Origin: an uncultured Actinomycetota bacterium
Lineage (GTDB): Bacteria; Actinomycetota; Actinomycetes; CAVWCF01
Assembly: GCA_963753435.1 (NCBI GenBank)
Contig: CAVWCF010000001.1
Coordinates: forward strand, 448,001 to 512,000
Direction: 5' to 3'
DNA length: 64,000 bases
Shown here piece by piece: positions 33,952-45,271 of this stretch; within the stretch, counting starts at the first letter, position 1, and each line of letters starts with the position of its first letter. The position numbers and the translations under genes were made by a program. The notes below the pieces were generated by a model. The model made no database searches, had not been told where the DNA came from, and saw only the letters and a program-made list of their open reading frames with translations.

Positions 33952-34620
33952 GTGGCCGAACTCGTCTTCTACTCCGGGACGATGGATTCCGGAAAGTCCA
34001 CGCTGGCGCTGCAGACCAACCACAACCACGCCAGCCGCGGGCGTCGCGGCCTGCTTCTCACCAGTCGCGACCGGGCGGGTTCGGGGATCCTGTCGAGCCG
34101 GTTGGGTCTGTCCGTACCCGCGATCGAGGTTTCCACCGAAACCGACCTATGGGCGCTCGTGGCGGACGCGCTTCAAGCCGGCAGCCCTGTCGACTACTTG
34201 ATCTGTGATGAAGCCCAGTTCCTGGCAACGGCTCAGGTCGAACAACTGGCCCGGGTCGCGGACGACCTGCACATCGACGTCTTCGCCTTTGGCATCCTGA
34301 CCGACTTCCGGACCAGCCTGTTCCCCGGCGCCGCCCGCCTGATCGAGTTGGCTGACCGCGTCATCCCGCTCCAGGTCGAGGCCTTGTGCTGGTGCGGTTC
34401 CCGCGCGACGCACAACGCCCGCACCCTGGGCGGCTTGATGGTTACGGAAGGAGAACAGGTAATGGTCGGCGACGTCGATCAGACCGACGAGGTCGGCTAC
34501 GAGGTCCTTTGCCGCCGCCACCATCGGCTGAAGATGACGGCCAAGTCATCCGGCGCCGGCTCGATCTCCTCCGACCCACTGCCCTTCGCATTCGATCAGA
34601 GATCCCCTGATCCCAACTAG
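33952..34620 (+). CDS. tdk: Thymidine kinase
   Basis: GTMDSGKST P-loop, DEAQF, CWCG and YEVLCRRHH. Confidence 0.95.
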   Translation: MAELVFYSGTMDSGKSTLALQTNHNHASRGRRGLLLTSRDRAGSGILSSRLGLSVPAIEVSTETDLWALVADALQAGSPVDYLICDEAQFLATAQVEQLARVADDLHIDVFAFGILTDFRTSLFPGAARLIELADRVIPLQVEALCWCGSRATHNARTLGGLMVTEGEQVMVGDVDQTDEVGYEVLCRRHHRLKMTAKSSGAGSISSDPLPFAFDQRSPDPN

Positions 34621-34654
34621 TTGGAATCTGGACGCACAGTTGGCCCGCATTGGG

Positions 34655-35758
34655 CTAGGCGGACAGCAGGGGGACTTGCTGTTCGGCTGTCGTCAGCGAT
34701 CCATGCATCCCGGCCAGATTGGTCTCGTTCGGTTCGGCTCGCGGCAAGCACAGCGCGTAGTTGCCCCGCGCGGCGGCCACAACATCCCCGATCCGCTCCG
34801 CTGCATCGTGGGTCACGTCAGCGCCGAACCAACCGGCCGAAATCGCCTCGGCCTTGGTCCGCACCCAGGCCCGACTACCCAGGACCTCGGCCCACACGTC
34901 GGCCACTGCCGGGGCGCGCTCGTCAGCGCAGTAGATGTGACGCGCGCGGGGTTCGCCGCCGATCAGTACAACGTCTTGGCCCAGTTGCGGCACGGCTTCC
35001 AGATCGACGCGGTCGCGCTCGCGGACATTGACCATGCCGTGATCACCAGTGACCAGGAGCACCGCACCGCGGGGCAGTCGCCTGGCCAACTCGGTTACCT
35101 CCGCCGCAACGTCGGCCAACGCCGAGCGCCAAGCCGGCGATCCGGGCCCGAACCCGTGACCGGCGTAGTCCAAGTCGCTGATGTAGTCGTACACAAGAGC
35201 GGGCCGACGGCCCAGGGCGGTGAGGGTCGCGGCAATCCGTTCAGCCGGCCGATCCGCACCCCGGAACACGCCGCCGCGCAACGCCGCCCGCGTCAGCCCG
35301 GACCCGGCGAATTGCGACTTGCTCACTGTCGTGACCGCCACCCCCGCAGCAACCGCACGCTCAAAGACCGTGGGGACGGGCTGCCAGGACTCCGGGTCGA
35401 CCGGTTGCGACCACCGCAGATGCTGATGGAGTCCGGACCGGTCCGGCAACGCCACCGTGTACCCGACGATCCCGTGCGCACCCGGGGGTGACCCGGTGCC
35501 AAGCGTGGCCAAGCTGACGGCGGTGGTGGCGGGGAACCCGGCGTCGATGCTTTCCCGCACCGGCGCCAGCGCCAGCAGCGGAGCGGCCTCCGGCTCGTTA
35601 AGCGCGTCCAGCCCCAAGCCATCGACTAAGAGCACGCAAACGGTTTCGGCCGGAGGTAGGCCGAGTGAGTTGTGGCCACCCGTGACCGCGGCCAGCGCGG
35701 CCGGCAACACCTGCGCCAGCGATGCGTCCTCGTACCGCGGCGGGGACGGTTCGTTCAC
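34655..35758 (-). CDS. Alkaline phosphatase/nucleotide pyrophosphatase family protein
   Basis: LVDGLG, FPATT, LDYAGH, TGDHG and GMHGS. Confidence 0.9.
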   Translation of the reverse strand: MNEPSPPRYEDASLAQVLPAALAAVTGGHNSLGLPPAETVCVLLVDGLGLDALNEPEAAPLLALAPVRESIDAGFPATTAVSLATLGTGSPPGAHGIVGYTVALPDRSGLHQHLRWSQPVDPESWQPVPTVFERAVAAGVAVTTVSKSQFAGSGLTRAALRGGVFRGADRPAERIAATLTALGRRPALVYDYISDLDYAGHGFGPGSPAWRSALADVAAEVTELARRLPRGAVLLVTGDHGMVNVRERDRVDLEAVPQLGQDVVLIGGEPRARHIYCADERAPAVADVWAEVLGSRAWVRTKAEAISAGWFGADVTHDAAERIGDVVAAARGNYALCLPRAEPNETNLAGMHGSLTTAEQQVPLLSA

Positions 35759-36324
35759 CGACTGGTGGCCGCCGACAGCGCCTGGGCGAACCCCAAGGCG
35801 TGATCGACGGTTTGCGGGCCGTCGGCCGCAGCACTGATACGAAGCGAGAAGTCGTCGTGGCCGAGACTGCCGGTGTACCCATGGTCGGCATCGCACTCGG
35901 GGTTGTCGCACGTGGCCGGGATCAGGTCCAGCCGAGCCACCGCGCCCCATCCGATCGTCAGGACGACCTCTTCGGGCCGGGCGCCGGGCAGGTGCGCGGC
36001 CGGGTCGGCCACGGTGCGAGTAATCACGACCGTGCGCACCTCGCGTAGCGGGATGGCCTCGGTGGAGGCAGTAGCAAGCGCGGGCACCCCGGACTCGGCG
36101 GGGTGTTCGTCAACGTGGCCGACAAGCAGCCGCGAGGGAGTCAGCACGAGAGTGGAGATGTGCCGCCGGACCTCCTCGGCGTCAAAGGTCGCCTCGTGGT
36201 GAACCAGGAACGAAAGCACCTGCTCATCGCCGAGCGCCGTAGCCATGGCGTCCGCCACCAGCGCCGGGTAGTAACCGGAACGCTCAATGGCGGCTTGCCA
36301 CTGGTTGGTGGCCGGGTCGGTCAT
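35755..36324 (-). CDS. DUF5998 family protein
   Basis: GYYPALV, HHEATFD, IGWG and CDNPECDADHGYTG. Confidence 0.88.
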   Translation of the reverse strand: MTDPATNQWQAAIERSGYYPALVADAMATALGDEQVLSFLVHHEATFDAEEVRRHISTLVLTPSRLLVGHVDEHPAESGVPALATASTEAIPLREVRTVVITRTVADPAAHLPGARPEEVVLTIGWGAVARLDLIPATCDNPECDADHGYTGSLGHDDFSLRISAAADGPQTVDHALGFAQALSAATSR

Positions 36325-36353
36325 GGCCTCATCCTGTCACTGCGACGAACCGG

Positions 36354-39014
36354 CTAGCCCTCCAGTCGGCGCACCTGCGGGTCGGTGCGGGCCTGCGCCG
36401 GCGCAACCCGCACCCGGGCCCCGAGCACGGCCAGGCCCCGTGGCGACACCACTACCGGGTCCAGCACCAACCGCGTCACTTCAGGCAGGTCGTCCTTGAG
36501 CGCCGATATCCGCAACACCAGGTCCTGAAGGGACGCAGCGTCAGTGGGTTCGGCGCCACCGTGGCCGAACAGCAACGGCGCTGCCTTGGGCGCACGAATC
36601 AGGTCGGCCGCGTCCAGGTCCGTCAACGGGGGGATCCGGTAGGCCCAGTCATCGGTCAGGTCGGCCGTTACCCCGCCGAGGGAGAATCCGACCACCGGCC
36701 CGAACAGCGGGTCCTCCACCGCGTGCAGCCGGCAGGCAACCCCCCGCCGGGCCATCCGCTGCACGACCAGGTTCTCGGTAACACCCGGACCCAGTTCGCG
36801 CACCATCTCCGCATACGCGAACCGAATCGCCGCCACGCTGGGTAGGTCCAGCCGTACCGCTCCCAGGTCGGTGCGGGCGCGCAGCGCCGGGGCCAGTGAC
36901 TTCAGCACCGCCGGCCACCCCAGTCGCTCAGCTGCCGAAATCGCCTCTGCCTCGGTGCGAACCGGGATGGTGGGCCAAACCTCCACGCCATAAGCCAAGA
37001 GCAACGAAGTCAGAGCGGGTCCATCCAGCAGGCCACCCTCGGGAGCGGCCGCCAACGCACCGGCGACTGCGCGCCGGCCCTGCCCGAGGTCGATGCCCGC
37101 AGGGCGCAGGTGGCGCCCGGGCGGCGTACGCCGCCAGCGCCCGTACCGCGTTGCGGCAGCCAATGCTCTGGCGGCTTCCTCCACAGACGGGTAGGTGGGC
37201 ACAGTCCCGAAACCAGGCCGCCCCGAGGAATTCCCCTGGCGCATCGCCTCCGCGGCTCCGGCAACCGCCAGGAACGTGGCCAGCACCGGCTTGGCGGCGC
37301 GGCTGGAGGCGTGCGCGAGGACTTCGGCGAACTCCAACCCCACCGACGTGACGGCCGGTACGTACACCGCCAACACCGCGTCCACCGCCGGATCGTCCAG
37401 GGCACCCGCTAGCGCCTGTTGGTAGTCGGCCGGGGTTGCGTGCGCCCCCAGGTTGACGGGTTCGGCTACCGGACGCAGACCATGAAAGGTCAACGCGTCT
37501 GACGCGAGTACGCCGAGCGCGTCGGAGTTGCCGATGACCGCCACCGAGTCCCCCTCGGGCAATGGCTGGAAACTCAGCAAGGCGGCAACGTCGAACATGT
37601 CCGGCAGCGAATCCACTTGGATCACGCCGGCCTGCTCGAACATCTCATCGACGGCCGCTGGCGGCAGTTCGCTGGATCGCACCGAGTACCCCAACGGGAT
37701 CCCTTGCGTGGACCTGCCAGTGCGGGTGGCAACGACCGGAGTGGTACGGGACAAGCGCCGGGCGATTCGGGTGAACTTCCGGGGGTTGCCAATCGACTCC
37801 AGGTAGAGCAGGACCAACTCCGTGGCAGTGTCTTCCTCCCAGTACTGCAACAGGTCATTGGCGGAAATGTCGGCCCGGTTCCCCGCCGAAACGAAGGTGG
37901 AGACCCCGAGCCCGCGGATGATCAGCGCCTCCAGCAGCGCTGCGCCCAGCGCACCGGACTGCGAGAAGAACCCGATTCGGCCGTGCCAGGGCATGACCGG
38001 CGAAAGCGAAGCGTTCAGTGACACCCCCGGGTCGGTATTGATGAGCCCCAGGCAGTTGGGGCCAAGCAGGCGCATACCCAAGGCGCGACTCAGGTGCACC
38101 AGGTCCCGTTGCCGCATCTGGCCGGTTGCACCCGCCTCCGCGAAACCCGCGGAGACAACCACCAGCCCGTGCACACCTTTGGCAGCGGCGGCGGTCACCA
38201 CGTCCGGGACGTCCGGCGCCGGCACGGCCACCAGAGCCAGGTCGAACTGCCCCGGCACCTCGTTCACCGATCGGTAGGTGGGGACACCGCAAACATCGTC
38301 GTCGCTGTGCCTGTTGATTGCGGCTACCCGGCCACCGAACCCGGAGTCCAACAGATTGCGCAGCAGCACCTGACCAACGGAGTCACTGCGACGGCTGGCT
38401 CCGACCACCAACACTGAGGACGGGGTCAGCAGCCGTTCGACCGATCTGGCCTCGGCCCGGTGCTCCCGCGACTCCATGACCACCTGGGCCGCCTCAGTCA
38501 CCCCCAGGTCCAGGGTGAGGTGGATGATGCCGTCCGAAACCGCCGTGCTCGGGACGTAACCGGCCTCTTCGAAGACCGACATCATGCGCGTGTTCTGCGG
38601 GAGCACGTCGGCGCGGAAGGTCCGGATGCCCCGCTCCCGTGCCGCCGCCATCAGGTGTTCCAGGAACACCGAACCGATCCCCCGGCTTTGGTGTGCATCG
38701 CTTACGACGAAGGCGATGTCCGCTTCATCCGGAGCGATCCGCTCGTAGCGGGCCACGCCAATGATCCGGCTGCCGACCAGGGCCAGCAGGGCGACGGAGT
38801 CGACGTGGTCGACGTTGGACATCCGATCGAAGTCCCGCTCCGACAGCGCCGGATTAGGGGAGAAGAACCGCAGGTAGACGGTCTCTTCGGACAACTCCGC
38901 AACGAATCGCCGCAGTTCCGCTGCATCGGTGGGCAGGATCGGGCGGATGTGACAGGTGGACCCGTCGCGCAGAACGACGTCGGCTTCCCAGTCGTGCGGA
39001 TAACCGTCGCTCAC
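36354..39014 (-). CDS. Protein lysine acetyltransferase (N-terminal GNAT plus NDP-forming acyl-CoA-synthetase-like domains, PatA type)
   Basis: WEADVVLRDG, YLRFF, HQSRGIG, GPNCLG, SQSGALG and SAGNRAD. Confidence 0.9.
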   Translation of the reverse strand: MSDGYPHDWEADVVLRDGSTCHIRPILPTDAAELRRFVAELSEETVYLRFFSPNPALSERDFDRMSNVDHVDSVALLALVGSRIIGVARYERIAPDEADIAFVVSDAHQSRGIGSVFLEHLMAAARERGIRTFRADVLPQNTRMMSVFEEAGYVPSTAVSDGIIHLTLDLGVTEAAQVVMESREHRAEARSVERLLTPSSVLVVGASRRSDSVGQVLLRNLLDSGFGGRVAAINRHSDDDVCGVPTYRSVNEVPGQFDLALVAVPAPDVPDVVTAAAAKGVHGLVVVSAGFAEAGATGQMRQRDLVHLSRALGMRLLGPNCLGLINTDPGVSLNASLSPVMPWHGRIGFFSQSGALGAALLEALIIRGLGVSTFVSAGNRADISANDLLQYWEEDTATELVLLYLESIGNPRKFTRIARRLSRTTPVVATRTGRSTQGIPLGYSVRSSELPPAAVDEMFEQAGVIQVDSLPDMFDVAALLSFQPLPEGDSVAVIGNSDALGVLASDALTFHGLRPVAEPVNLGAHATPADYQQALAGALDDPAVDAVLAVYVPAVTSVGLEFAEVLAHASSRAAKPVLATFLAVAGAAEAMRQGNSSGRPGFGTVPTYPSVEEAARALAAATRYGRWRRTPPGRHLRPAGIDLGQGRRAVAGALAAAPEGGLLDGPALTSLLLAYGVEVWPTIPVRTEAEAISAAERLGWPAVLKSLAPALRARTDLGAVRLDLPSVAAIRFAYAEMVRELGPGVTENLVVQRMARRGVACRLHAVEDPLFGPVVGFSLGGVTADLTDDWAYRIPPLTDLDAADLIRAPKAAPLLFGHGGAEPTDAASLQDLVLRISALKDDLPEVTRLVLDPVVVSPRGLAVLGARVRVAPAQARTDPQVRRLEG

Positions 39015-40402
39015 GCCCGAGAGCGTAGTGAGACGGCTGCCCGCGTGACTGCGGCGAGGGTGCGGTTCACGTCTTCATCGTCAGTGCGCCAGTTCGACAC
39101 CGAAGTCCGCATCACCACTCGGCCGTTCCAGACCGCTCGATTCACGACCGCCTCTCCGGACTCCACGACTGCGCGGACCACGGCTTCGGTCGTCTCATCG
39201 TCGGCGAAGGCGACGAGCACCTGGTTCAAAGCCACCTCGTTGACCACCTGCGCGCCAGGGACCTGGCGGTAGCGGTCGGCGAACGCCCGCGCGGCGGCAC
39301 AGGTTCGTTCCACCAGTTCCACCACACCGGCGCGACCCAACTCCGCGATCGCGGCCCAGACCGGCACCGCGCGAGCCCGCTGGGAGAACTCCGGCACGAG
39401 CTCCAACGGGTCCGGGTAGCCAGCGGAATGGATCAGGTAACTGCTCGGCGTACTGAAGGAGGACCGATGCGCCTCGGGGTCGGCGACCATCACGATTCCG
39501 CAGTCGTAAGGGACGTTGAGCCACTTGTGCGCGTCAGTCGCCCAAGAATCGGCGCCCTCCACCCCGGCCAACTGCGCCGACACGGTTGGAGCTACCCGAC
39601 CCCACAGGCCGAACGCGCCGTCAACGTGGACCCAGGCGCGGTGGCGGTGCGCCAGCGGAATCGCGCGCGCGAAGTCGTCGCAGGATCCGCTGTTGACATT
39701 GCCGGCCGCCAAAGCGACCAGAGTGGGGCCATCACCTGCGGCCAACGCGCCACCAAGGGCATCGACGTCGATACGGCCCTGCGCGTCCGTGGCCACCTCG
39801 AGAATCGAGTCAGTGCCCAGCCCCAGGTACCGCAGCGCCAGGTTGATCGTTTCGTGTCGCTGTGCGGAAGCGATCACGCGCACCGTCGGTGCGCCCTGCA
39901 AGCCGCGTTTCTCGACGTCCCAACCATGCTCAGCCAGTACCCGATGCCGCCCGGCAGCCAGCCCCGTGAAGTTGGCCATGCACCCACCGGTGACGAACCC
40001 GACGGTGCACTTGTCCGGCAGCCCCAGAAGGTCCAGAACCCATTCCCCCGCCTGCCTGCTGATCGCGGCGGTCGCAGGTGTCACGGCATTCATGCCGTTG
40101 TTCTGGTCCCAGGCGGTGACCAGCCAGTCCGCAGCGCGAGCCGCTGCCACCGAACCACCAATGACCCAGCCGAAGAAACGGCCGGAGTCCATGACGCTGA
40201 GCCCCGGCGCCGCCCGCCGGGCCAGGTCGTCGATCACCGTTGCCGCGGGGGTGGGCCCCTCCGGCGGGGGCCCGGCGAAATCTGCGCGCATTTGGTCGTA
40301 CCCGGCCGGCGCGAACAAGCCACGCCGCTCCCCTTCGGCCAGCCAGGCTTCGGCGTGGACCGCGGCGCGGCGTAGCGCGTTGATCTCATCAAGTGTGGCC
40401 AC
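39011..40402 (-). CDS. PLP-dependent group II amino-acid decarboxylase family protein
   Basis: FFGWVIGG, WDQN, HVDGAFG and DSWATDAHKWLNVPY. Confidence 0.9.
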   Translation of the reverse strand: MATLDEINALRRAAVHAEAWLAEGERRGLFAPAGYDQMRADFAGPPPEGPTPAATVIDDLARRAAPGLSVMDSGRFFGWVIGGSVAAARAADWLVTAWDQNNGMNAVTPATAAISRQAGEWVLDLLGLPDKCTVGFVTGGCMANFTGLAAGRHRVLAEHGWDVEKRGLQGAPTVRVIASAQRHETINLALRYLGLGTDSILEVATDAQGRIDVDALGGALAAGDGPTLVALAAGNVNSGSCDDFARAIPLAHRHRAWVHVDGAFGLWGRVAPTVSAQLAGVEGADSWATDAHKWLNVPYDCGIVMVADPEAHRSSFSTPSSYLIHSAGYPDPLELVPEFSQRARAVPVWAAIAELGRAGVVELVERTCAAARAFADRYRQVPGAQVVNEVALNQVLVAFADDETTEAVVRAVVESGEAVVNRAVWNGRVVMRTSVSNWRTDDEDVNRTLAAVTRAAVSLRSRA

Positions 40403-40448
40403 TGGCCCAGCGTGGCATCGCCGCGGACGCGACGGGGATACTCCGGAC

Positions 40449-41375
40449 ATGTCTTCGCGAGGATCTGGGGTGCGACTCGGCGCGGAAGTGGCCGACGCAC
40501 TGGCGGCCGGCCGCGGGGTCGTGGCCCTGGAATCCACAGTCATCGCACACGGTTTGCCGCGCCCGGACAACCTCGCCCTGGCTCGCGACCTGGAGCAGCA
40601 GGTCCGCACCGCCGGGGCGGTGCCGGCGACGGTCGCGGTGGTGGCCGGCCGGGTCACGGTCGGGCTGACCGACGCCGAGATCGTGGCCATCGCCGAGCGT
40701 GACGACGTCACGAAGGCATCGGTTCGGGACCTGGGCCCGGTGGTGGTGCGCGGCGGGTGGGGCGCAACGACGGTCGCGTCCACCGCCCACGTAGCCGCGC
40801 TCGTGGGCATCCAGGTATTCGCCACCGGCGGCCTCGGCGGGGTGCACCGGGGGGCGCAGGACTCCTACGACGAGTCGGCGGACCTGACCACGCTGGGACG
40901 AGTTCCGCTGGCCGTCGTCTGCTCGGGCGTGAAGTCGATCCTCGACATCCCAGCCACGCTTGAGCGGCTGGAGACACTCAACGTGCCGGTCGTCGGCTAC
41001 GGCAGCGACACCTTCCCCGGCTTCTACCTGACCGACTCCGGCCAACCGGTCCCGCATCGCGTCGACACCCCTGGCGAGGTTGCGGCGATGCTGTCGGCGC
41101 GCAGCCAACTCGACTTGCGCGAGGCCGTGGTGGTCGCGCAGCCGGTCCCTGCGGACGAAGCCATGGACCCAGGCCAGCACCAGGAAGTCCTGGCCGAGGG
41201 GCTGCGACTGGCGGCGGAGTCGAACATCAGCGGCAAAGCGGTAACGCCGTTCCTGCTTTCGCACTTCCACGAAGCCACCGGCGGGGAATCGCTGCGCATC
41301 AACACCCGTCTACTGCGCCACAACGCGCACCTGGCCGGGCAGATCGCCGTGGCCGTGACCGAAGGCGAGCAGTGA
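40449..41375 (+). CDS. psuG: Pseudouridine-5'-phosphate glycosidase
   Basis: VALESTVIAHG, GATTVA, FATGGLGGVHRG, DESADL, KSILD and TPFLL. Confidence 0.95.
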   Translation: MSSRGSGVRLGAEVADALAAGRGVVALESTVIAHGLPRPDNLALARDLEQQVRTAGAVPATVAVVAGRVTVGLTDAEIVAIAERDDVTKASVRDLGPVVVRGGWGATTVASTAHVAALVGIQVFATGGLGGVHRGAQDSYDESADLTTLGRVPLAVVCSGVKSILDIPATLERLETLNVPVVGYGSDTFPGFYLTDSGQPVPHRVDTPGEVAAMLSARSQLDLREAVVVAQPVPADEAMDPGQHQEVLAEGLRLAAESNISGKAVTPFLLSHFHEATGGESLRINTRLLRHNAHLAGQIAVAVTEGEQ

Positions 41376-42280
41376 GTAATCCTCCGGGGCAAGCGGCTGC
41401 CTGGGTCTTCGGTGATCTGATGACCGACGTAGTGGCCAGCATCCATTCGCCCGTGGCCTGGGACAGCGACACCCCGGCCCGGATTCAGACATTCGGAGGG
41501 GGCTCGGCGGCCAATGTGGCGGCGTGGCTGGCCGCCACCGGCGCACATGTGGTCTTTGTGGCCCGCCGCGGCGATGACCCCCTTGGCCGGACGGCCGAGG
41601 CGGACTTGAGCGATGCCGGGGTGCGCTGTCGCTTCGTCGTCGATCCCGACCGACCTACCGGCACCTGCGTGGTGGTGTCCGACGGTTCGGCGCGCAGCAT
41701 GTTCCCTGACCGCGGCGCGAATGCCGGCTGGCGAACAACCGACATCCCCGCCGACATCGACGCGACCATCACGCACGTCAGCGGCTACCCGCTGTTGTCC
41801 GACGAGTGGCGTCCGCTGGCGGCGGCCTTAGGTGCGGCCCGGGCAAAGGGCAGCGCGGTATCGGTGGACCCATCGTCGGCGGCCTTGATCGACCAGATCG
41901 GTCCCGCGGAGTTCTTCCGCCGTACTGGTCAACTCGACCTGCTCAAGCCCAACCGCGACGAGGCGCGGGCGCTTACCGGCCTGGACGACCCCGAGGCGGC
42001 CGGAAAGCAGCTGCTGGGCGTCGCGAGCAAGGTGGTGGTGACGCTGGATCGCGACGGCGCCCTGTTGCTGGACCGATCCGGAACCCGAATGCACGCCCCC
42101 GCCCCGCAGGTGGATGTGGTGGACACGACTGGCGCCGGGGACGCGTTCACCGCCGGGTTGCTCAGCGCCTGGCTGCACGGCGACGGGCCCGAACGGCTGC
42201 TGGACGAGGCCACTCGCACCGCCGCGGCGTGCCTGGGCGTGGTCGGAGCCCGACCGTCGGTGAGAATCGGTACCGACTGA
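41372..42280 (+). CDS. PfkB family kinase (probable pseudouridine kinase)
   Basis: GGSAANVA and VDTTGAGDAF; GTGA overlap with psuG. Confidence 0.88.
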   Translation: MSNPPGQAAAWVFGDLMTDVVASIHSPVAWDSDTPARIQTFGGGSAANVAAWLAATGAHVVFVARRGDDPLGRTAEADLSDAGVRCRFVVDPDRPTGTCVVVSDGSARSMFPDRGANAGWRTTDIPADIDATITHVSGYPLLSDEWRPLAAALGAARAKGSAVSVDPSSAALIDQIGPAEFFRRTGQLDLLKPNRDEARALTGLDDPEAAGKQLLGVASKVVVTLDRDGALLLDRSGTRMHAPAPQVDVVDTTGAGDAFTAGLLSAWLHGDGPERLLDEATRTAAACLGVVGARPSVRIGTD

Positions 42281-42293
42281 ACGAGAGGGACCC

Positions 42294-44729
42294 ATGGCCC
42301 GCCGAACCGCCACGCCGCCGCCACCAGCCACCGAACGCATCATCGATGTCGACGTCTCCGCCGAGATGGAGACGTCCTTCCTGGAGTACGCCTACTCCGT
42401 CATCTACGCACGTGCGCTGCCCGATGCCAGGGACGGGCTGAAGCCGGTACAGCGCCGAATCCTCTTCCAAATGGCCGAGATGGGGCTCCGTCCGGATCGC
42501 GGCCATGTCAAGAGCGCTCGCGTCGTCGGCGAGGTGATGGGACGCCTGCACCCGCACGGGGACTCCGCGATCTACGACGCCCTGGTGCGGATGGCCCAGC
42601 CGTTCAGCATGCGCGTGCCCATGGTCGACGGGCACGGGAACTTCGGGTCGCTGGGCAACGACGATCCGCCGGCGGCAATGCGCTACACGGAGTGTCGGCT
42701 GACGTCGGCCGCGCTGGCCATGACCGAGTCGCTGGACGAGGACGTGGTGGCCTTCGTCCCCAACTACGACGGCCAGGAGATGCAGCCGGAGGTCCTGCCC
42801 GCAGCGGTGCCCGGCCTCCTCGTCAACGGTGCCAGTGGGATCGCGGTCGGCATGTCCACCAGCCTCCCGCCGCACAATCTGGTTGAGGTCGTGGCCGCGG
42901 CCAAGCACCTGCTCGCCACGCCGAACGCGACCACCGCAGACCTAATGCGCTTCGTGCCCGGGCCGGACCTGCCGACGGGCGGGACCATCGCCGGGCTGGA
43001 CGGTATCCGCGAGGCCTACGAGACAGGCAAGGGCTCGTTCCGCATCCGGGCCCGAACCCGGGTTGAGAACGTGACCCCGCGGCGTCGCGGCATCGTGGTG
43101 ACCGAACTGCCCTATGGAGTCGGCCCGGAACGAGTGATCGCCCGCATCTCCGAGTTGGTGCGTGCCAAGAAGTTGGTTGGCATCTCCGACATCACCGATC
43201 TGACTGACGGAGAGCGTGGCCTAAGGCTGGTCATCGAGCTCAAGAGCGGGATCAACCCCGAGCCGCTGCTGGAGCAATTGTTCCGGATGACCCCGCTGGA
43301 GGAGACGTTCTCCGTGAACGCCGTCGCGCTAGTGGACGGGCAACCCCGCACCTTGGGGCTGAAGGAACTGCTCCGCGTTTACCTGGACCACCGGATCGAG
43401 GTCGTCCGGCGGCGCAGCGAGTTCCGCCGCCGCCGGGCCCAGGATCGCCTGCACCTGGTCGAAGGCTTGTTGACGGCCATCCTGGACATCGACGAGGTCA
43501 TCCAGGTGATCCGTACCAGCGACGATGCTGGGGCTGCCAGGCAGCGTCTGATCGAGATCTTCGAGCTCTCCGAAATTCAGGCGTCCCACATCTTGGAGAT
43601 GCCGCTGCGCCGACTCACCAAGTTCTCCCGGCTCGAGCTCGATAAGGAGTCCGAGGATCTGCAGCGAACCATCGCCGAATTGACTGAACTCCTCGACGAC
43701 GAAGCACGGCTGCGGGACGCCGTGGCCGCGGAGTTGTCCGCGGTCGCTGAGAGCCACGGCACCCCGCGGCGGACGGTGTTGTTGGAGGCGGCCGCAGTTC
43801 CTTCGGGCGCGGTCACGCCACTTGAGGTCACCGACGACCCGTGCTGGGTCCTGCTGGGTTCAACGGGCCTGCTGGCCCGGACCGCCGACGATTCACCGCT
43901 GGGTAGCGGTGGGGCGCGCGCCAAGCACGACGTCATCCTTTCCGTGGTCGCGACGACCGCGCGCGGCGACGTTGGGCTGCTCACGTCCAAGGGCCGGGTG
44001 CTGCGGCTGCACGCAGTCGACCTACCCGCGTTGCCGCCGACGGCAGATGCGCCCTCCCTTGCCGGTGGTGCCCCGATCGGGGAGTTCGTGGACCTGCAGC
44101 CGGACGAACGCGTACTGGCCCTGACCTCGCTCGCCCCGGACTCCCTTGGGCTTGCGCTGGGGACGGCGAACGGAACCGTCAAGCGGGTGCAACCGGACCA
44201 TCCGAGCCGCGACTCGTGGGAAGTGATCACGCTGAAACCCGGCGACGAAGTCGTCGGCGCGCTGGAGTTGCAGGACGCGACCCAGAACCTGGTACTGATC
44301 TCCAGCGACGGGCAGTTGCTCACCTTCGGCGCCGACGCCGTGCGCCCGCAGGGCCGCGCCGCCGGCGGTGTAGCCGGCATGAGAGTTGCCGACGGTGCCC
44401 GATTGGTCTTCTTCGGCGTCGCCGGCAACGACGGCGAGGTCGTGACCATCGCCGGATCGTCGGCGGCCCTACCCGGCACCCAACCGGGCGCAGCCAAGGT
44501 GACGCCGCTGGCGGAGTACCCCGCCAAGGGCCGGGGCACCGGTGGAGTCCGTTGTCACCGGTTCCGCAAAGGCGAGGACACCCTCCTCATCGCCTGGGCC
44601 GGTAGCGGTCCGGCGCGCGCCGCGGCGGCCTCCGGTGCACCGGTTCCGCTGCCGGAGGCCGACCCTCGCCGCGACGGCGCAGGCATTGGTTTGGAGCAGC
44701 CGATCGCTGCCATCGCCGGTTCGCTGTGA
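42294..44729 (+). CDS. parC: DNA topoisomerase IV subunit A (GyrA paralogue)
   Basis: [21 protein letters not shown] and AAMRYTE catalytic Tyr; no GyrA box seen; not adjacent to gyrB. Confidence 0.9.
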   Translation: MARRTATPPPPATERIIDVDVSAEMETSFLEYAYSVIYARALPDARDGLKPVQRRILFQMAEMGLRPDRGHVKSARVVGEVMGRLHPHGDSAIYDALVRMAQPFSMRVPMVDGHGNFGSLGNDDPPAAMRYTECRLTSAALAMTESLDEDVVAFVPNYDGQEMQPEVLPAAVPGLLVNGASGIAVGMSTSLPPHNLVEVVAAAKHLLATPNATTADLMRFVPGPDLPTGGTIAGLDGIREAYETGKGSFRIRARTRVENVTPRRRGIVVTELPYGVGPERVIARISELVRAKKLVGISDITDLTDGERGLRLVIELKSGINPEPLLEQLFRMTPLEETFSVNAVALVDGQPRTLGLKELLRVYLDHRIEVVRRRSEFRRRRAQDRLHLVEGLLTAILDIDEVIQVIRTSDDAGAARQRLIEIFELSEIQASHILEMPLRRLTKFSRLELDKESEDLQRTIAELTELLDDEARLRDAVAAELSAVAESHGTPRRTVLLEAAAVPSGAVTPLEVTDDPCWVLLGSTGLLARTADDSPLGSGGARAKHDVILSVVATTARGDVGLLTSKGRVLRLHAVDLPALPPTADAPSLAGGAPIGEFVDLQPDERVLALTSLAPDSLGLALGTANGTVKRVQPDHPSRDSWEVITLKPGDEVVGALELQDATQNLVLISSDGQLLTFGADAVRPQGRAAGGVAGMRVADGARLVFFGVAGNDGEVVTIAGSSAALPGTQPGAAKVTPLAEYPAKGRGTGGVRCHRFRKGEDTLLIAWAGSGPARAAAASGAPVPLPEADPRRDGAGIGLEQPIAAIAGSL

Positions 44730-44754
44730 ACCACCGGTGACTACCGTGGCCGCC

Positions 44755-45249
44755 GTGACCGCTGACTTTGCCGACGTGCTGTCCGCTAACGCCGAGTACG
44801 CCGACACCTTCGAGTTGGCCGGGCTGCCCGCTCCGGCAGCCCGCGGTCTGGCGGTGGTCACGTGCATGGACTCCCGCATCGAACCGCTGCGCATGCTCGG
44901 TCTCGAGCCCGGCGACGCCAAGATCATGCGCAACGCCGGCGCCCGCGTCACCGACGACGTCCTGCGCACCCTGGTCGTGGCCACCCACTTCCTGAACGTC
45001 AGCAGGGTCATGGTCGTGCCGCACACCAACTGCAAGATGGCCCAGGTCACCGAGACCGATATCCATCGGGAGTTGGCCGGCGGCGGCATCGATACACGTT
45101 CGCTGCAGTTCGGCACGGTCGCGGACCAGGAAGCGGCGCTGCTTGCTGATGTGCAAGCCATTCGATCGTGGCCGTTCTTGCCGGACACCCTGGCCGTGGG
45201 CGGCTTCCGCTACGACGTGGACACCGGACTGCTTACCCAGGTCTGCTGA
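44755..45249 (+). CDS. Beta-class carbonic anhydrase
   Basis: TCMDSRI, RNAG and HTNC zinc ligands. Confidence 0.92.
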   Translation: MTADFADVLSANAEYADTFELAGLPAPAARGLAVVTCMDSRIEPLRMLGLEPGDAKIMRNAGARVTDDVLRTLVVATHFLNVSRVMVVPHTNCKMAQVTETDIHRELAGGGIDTRSLQFGTVADQEAALLADVQAIRSWPFLPDTLAVGGFRYDVDTGLLTQVC

Positions 45250-45271
45250 TCCGACTCGCTTGCGTTCCGGC

